A DNA stretch of 63,726 nt, filler included, from Octopus bimaculoides (Eukaryota), in assembly GCF_001194135.2 (NCBI RefSeq). It is 7 parts of 6 records of this genome, joined end to end, with 100 filler letters (N's around TTAATTAATTAA, not from the genome) between each part and the next. Parts side by side here need not be neighbours in the genome. Positions count along the whole stretch, not along the records: positions 61,292 to 63,726 come from NW_026436021.1; 6 more parts are not named here. The stretch is one strand, 5' to 3'. The notes under the pieces were generated by a model that was not told the origin of the DNA, did no database searches, and worked only from the letters and a program-made list of their open reading frames with translations. Below are positions 62,349 through 63,726 of this stretch, piece after piece (the first letter of the stretch is position 1; each line of letters begins with the position of its first letter). Both the position numbers and the translations under genes were made by a program.

Positions 62349-63726
62349 TCTTTCATATCGTTGGTAAAACCAGAAATATAATATGTAAAACATTAAATGA
62401 AAATTAGAATGGTGTGTAATGTGGAACAGTATATCAGTGGTGGGGAAATGATTGCACCCATAATTTAGCAGAGCATCAAGTTGAGTTGGCCTGATGCAGT
62501 TGATGTTCAGTTTGGAAAGTTGCAGGTCAAAGGCAGGAGAACAATAGGATCAGTCAGAGTTTAGTAGAGAAACAAATAACAATATTAGTTAATATTATGG
62601 CTTGATTTGGGAGAAGGTGGTGCATAGCTGGCTGAATCTATGAAGCAGATTCATATCTGGATTCACATCAGTGTTATAATCTACATTACACTGTCATTTA
62701 TTGTCACAGTTTCATTACTTTCAACTCTATGGTTGTGTCCATGCTGGAGCACAATCATTAAAACTATAGATGGTACCTTGGCAATTATCAAAATTTGACT
62801 ATTGAAGAGAGACATTAAATGATGATGATGATGATGATGATGGTGGTGGTCCAGATATGTCTCCATGTTTCGATGTAGTTTCATCAAATGCTTTTAAAAT
62901 GACTGAATTCGGCCATACTACACTAACCTAATAATGTCATGTAGTACTGTTCCAATCTGATATACAATAGTATTATATAAAATACTTTTAAAACTAATTT
63001 CTTAAACCAGAATTAAAGTAACGTTTATCTTCTCTTGATCATGTTGACTGTTAAATTATTCTAGGAAATCATTTGTACACTGAAATAAGTTAAATTACTG
63101 CAGAAACACAAATCAATATTTCACTAATGATATAGTCAGCAGAAGTATTAGTACTATGAATAAATATTGAACAAATGAGATATGTAAATGAAAGAGATTG
63201 ATAAGATACATTTACAGTAAATTTATATCAAAGATATATTATTATTATTAGTAGTAGTATATTTATATCAAAGATATATTATTATTATTATTATTATTAT
63301 TATTGTGAATTAATGCAATCTTAGTATACTCTCATCAATATGACAAGAGGCAAAAACGAAACAGGGGTACCTATATTTCTTAAGCTAGCAATAGTTGTCA
63401 TCATCGTCATTTATCTTTCGCTTTCCATGCTCGCATGGGTTGAACTATAATATATTAATAATAATTCATTTGTATATAATTTTTAAGAAACAGATTGCCT
63501 TCAACAAGAAATTTTTTAAACAAATGAAAGAAGGAAAATATAACTGGGATTACATACACGTAAATATATAAAGCAATATTTAATTAAAATATATATACAT
63601 TAAACAAGACCAATATGACACTAGTTCACCTTAAAGGCAGCAAATACATTAAAACCAATAAAATCTGACAGAATATTAAATTTAGAAAGAGTTAAACAAT
63701 ACCACAACACAATATTCATTATTTAT

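Overview
AT-rich, microsatellite- and gap-rich animal genomic DNA. It is most consistent with an octopus (coleoid cephalopod) assembly, inferred from the protocadherin type and the tRNA-derived SINE landscape. Six artificial N44-TTAATTAATTAA-N44 linkers split the window into at least seven joined pieces, so long-range adjacency is not guaranteed. The only confident host gene is the 5' part of a protocadherin (minus strand, 62298-61292; signal peptide plus EC1-EC3), cut off by a linker. The rest is transposon debris: four Penelope-like elements (PLEs), RTE, CR1, Tx1-like and two restriction-like-endonuclease (RLE) LINE fragments, many SINEs, MITE-like palindromes and simple repeats. The most notable unexplained structure is a set of hammerhead-ribozyme (HHR) motifs in several short repeat families. 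Two near-intact minus-strand copies (3055-3152, 7468-7570) have an unusually long helix II loop, and one decayed HHR lies downstream of a tRNA-like Pol III head in a PLE terminal repeat. Other points of interest are a 5'-inverted (twin-priming-like) RTE insertion, microsatellite-targeted RLE elements and two long palindromes. Repeat boundaries were read by eye and are approximate; no database searches or folding programs were run.
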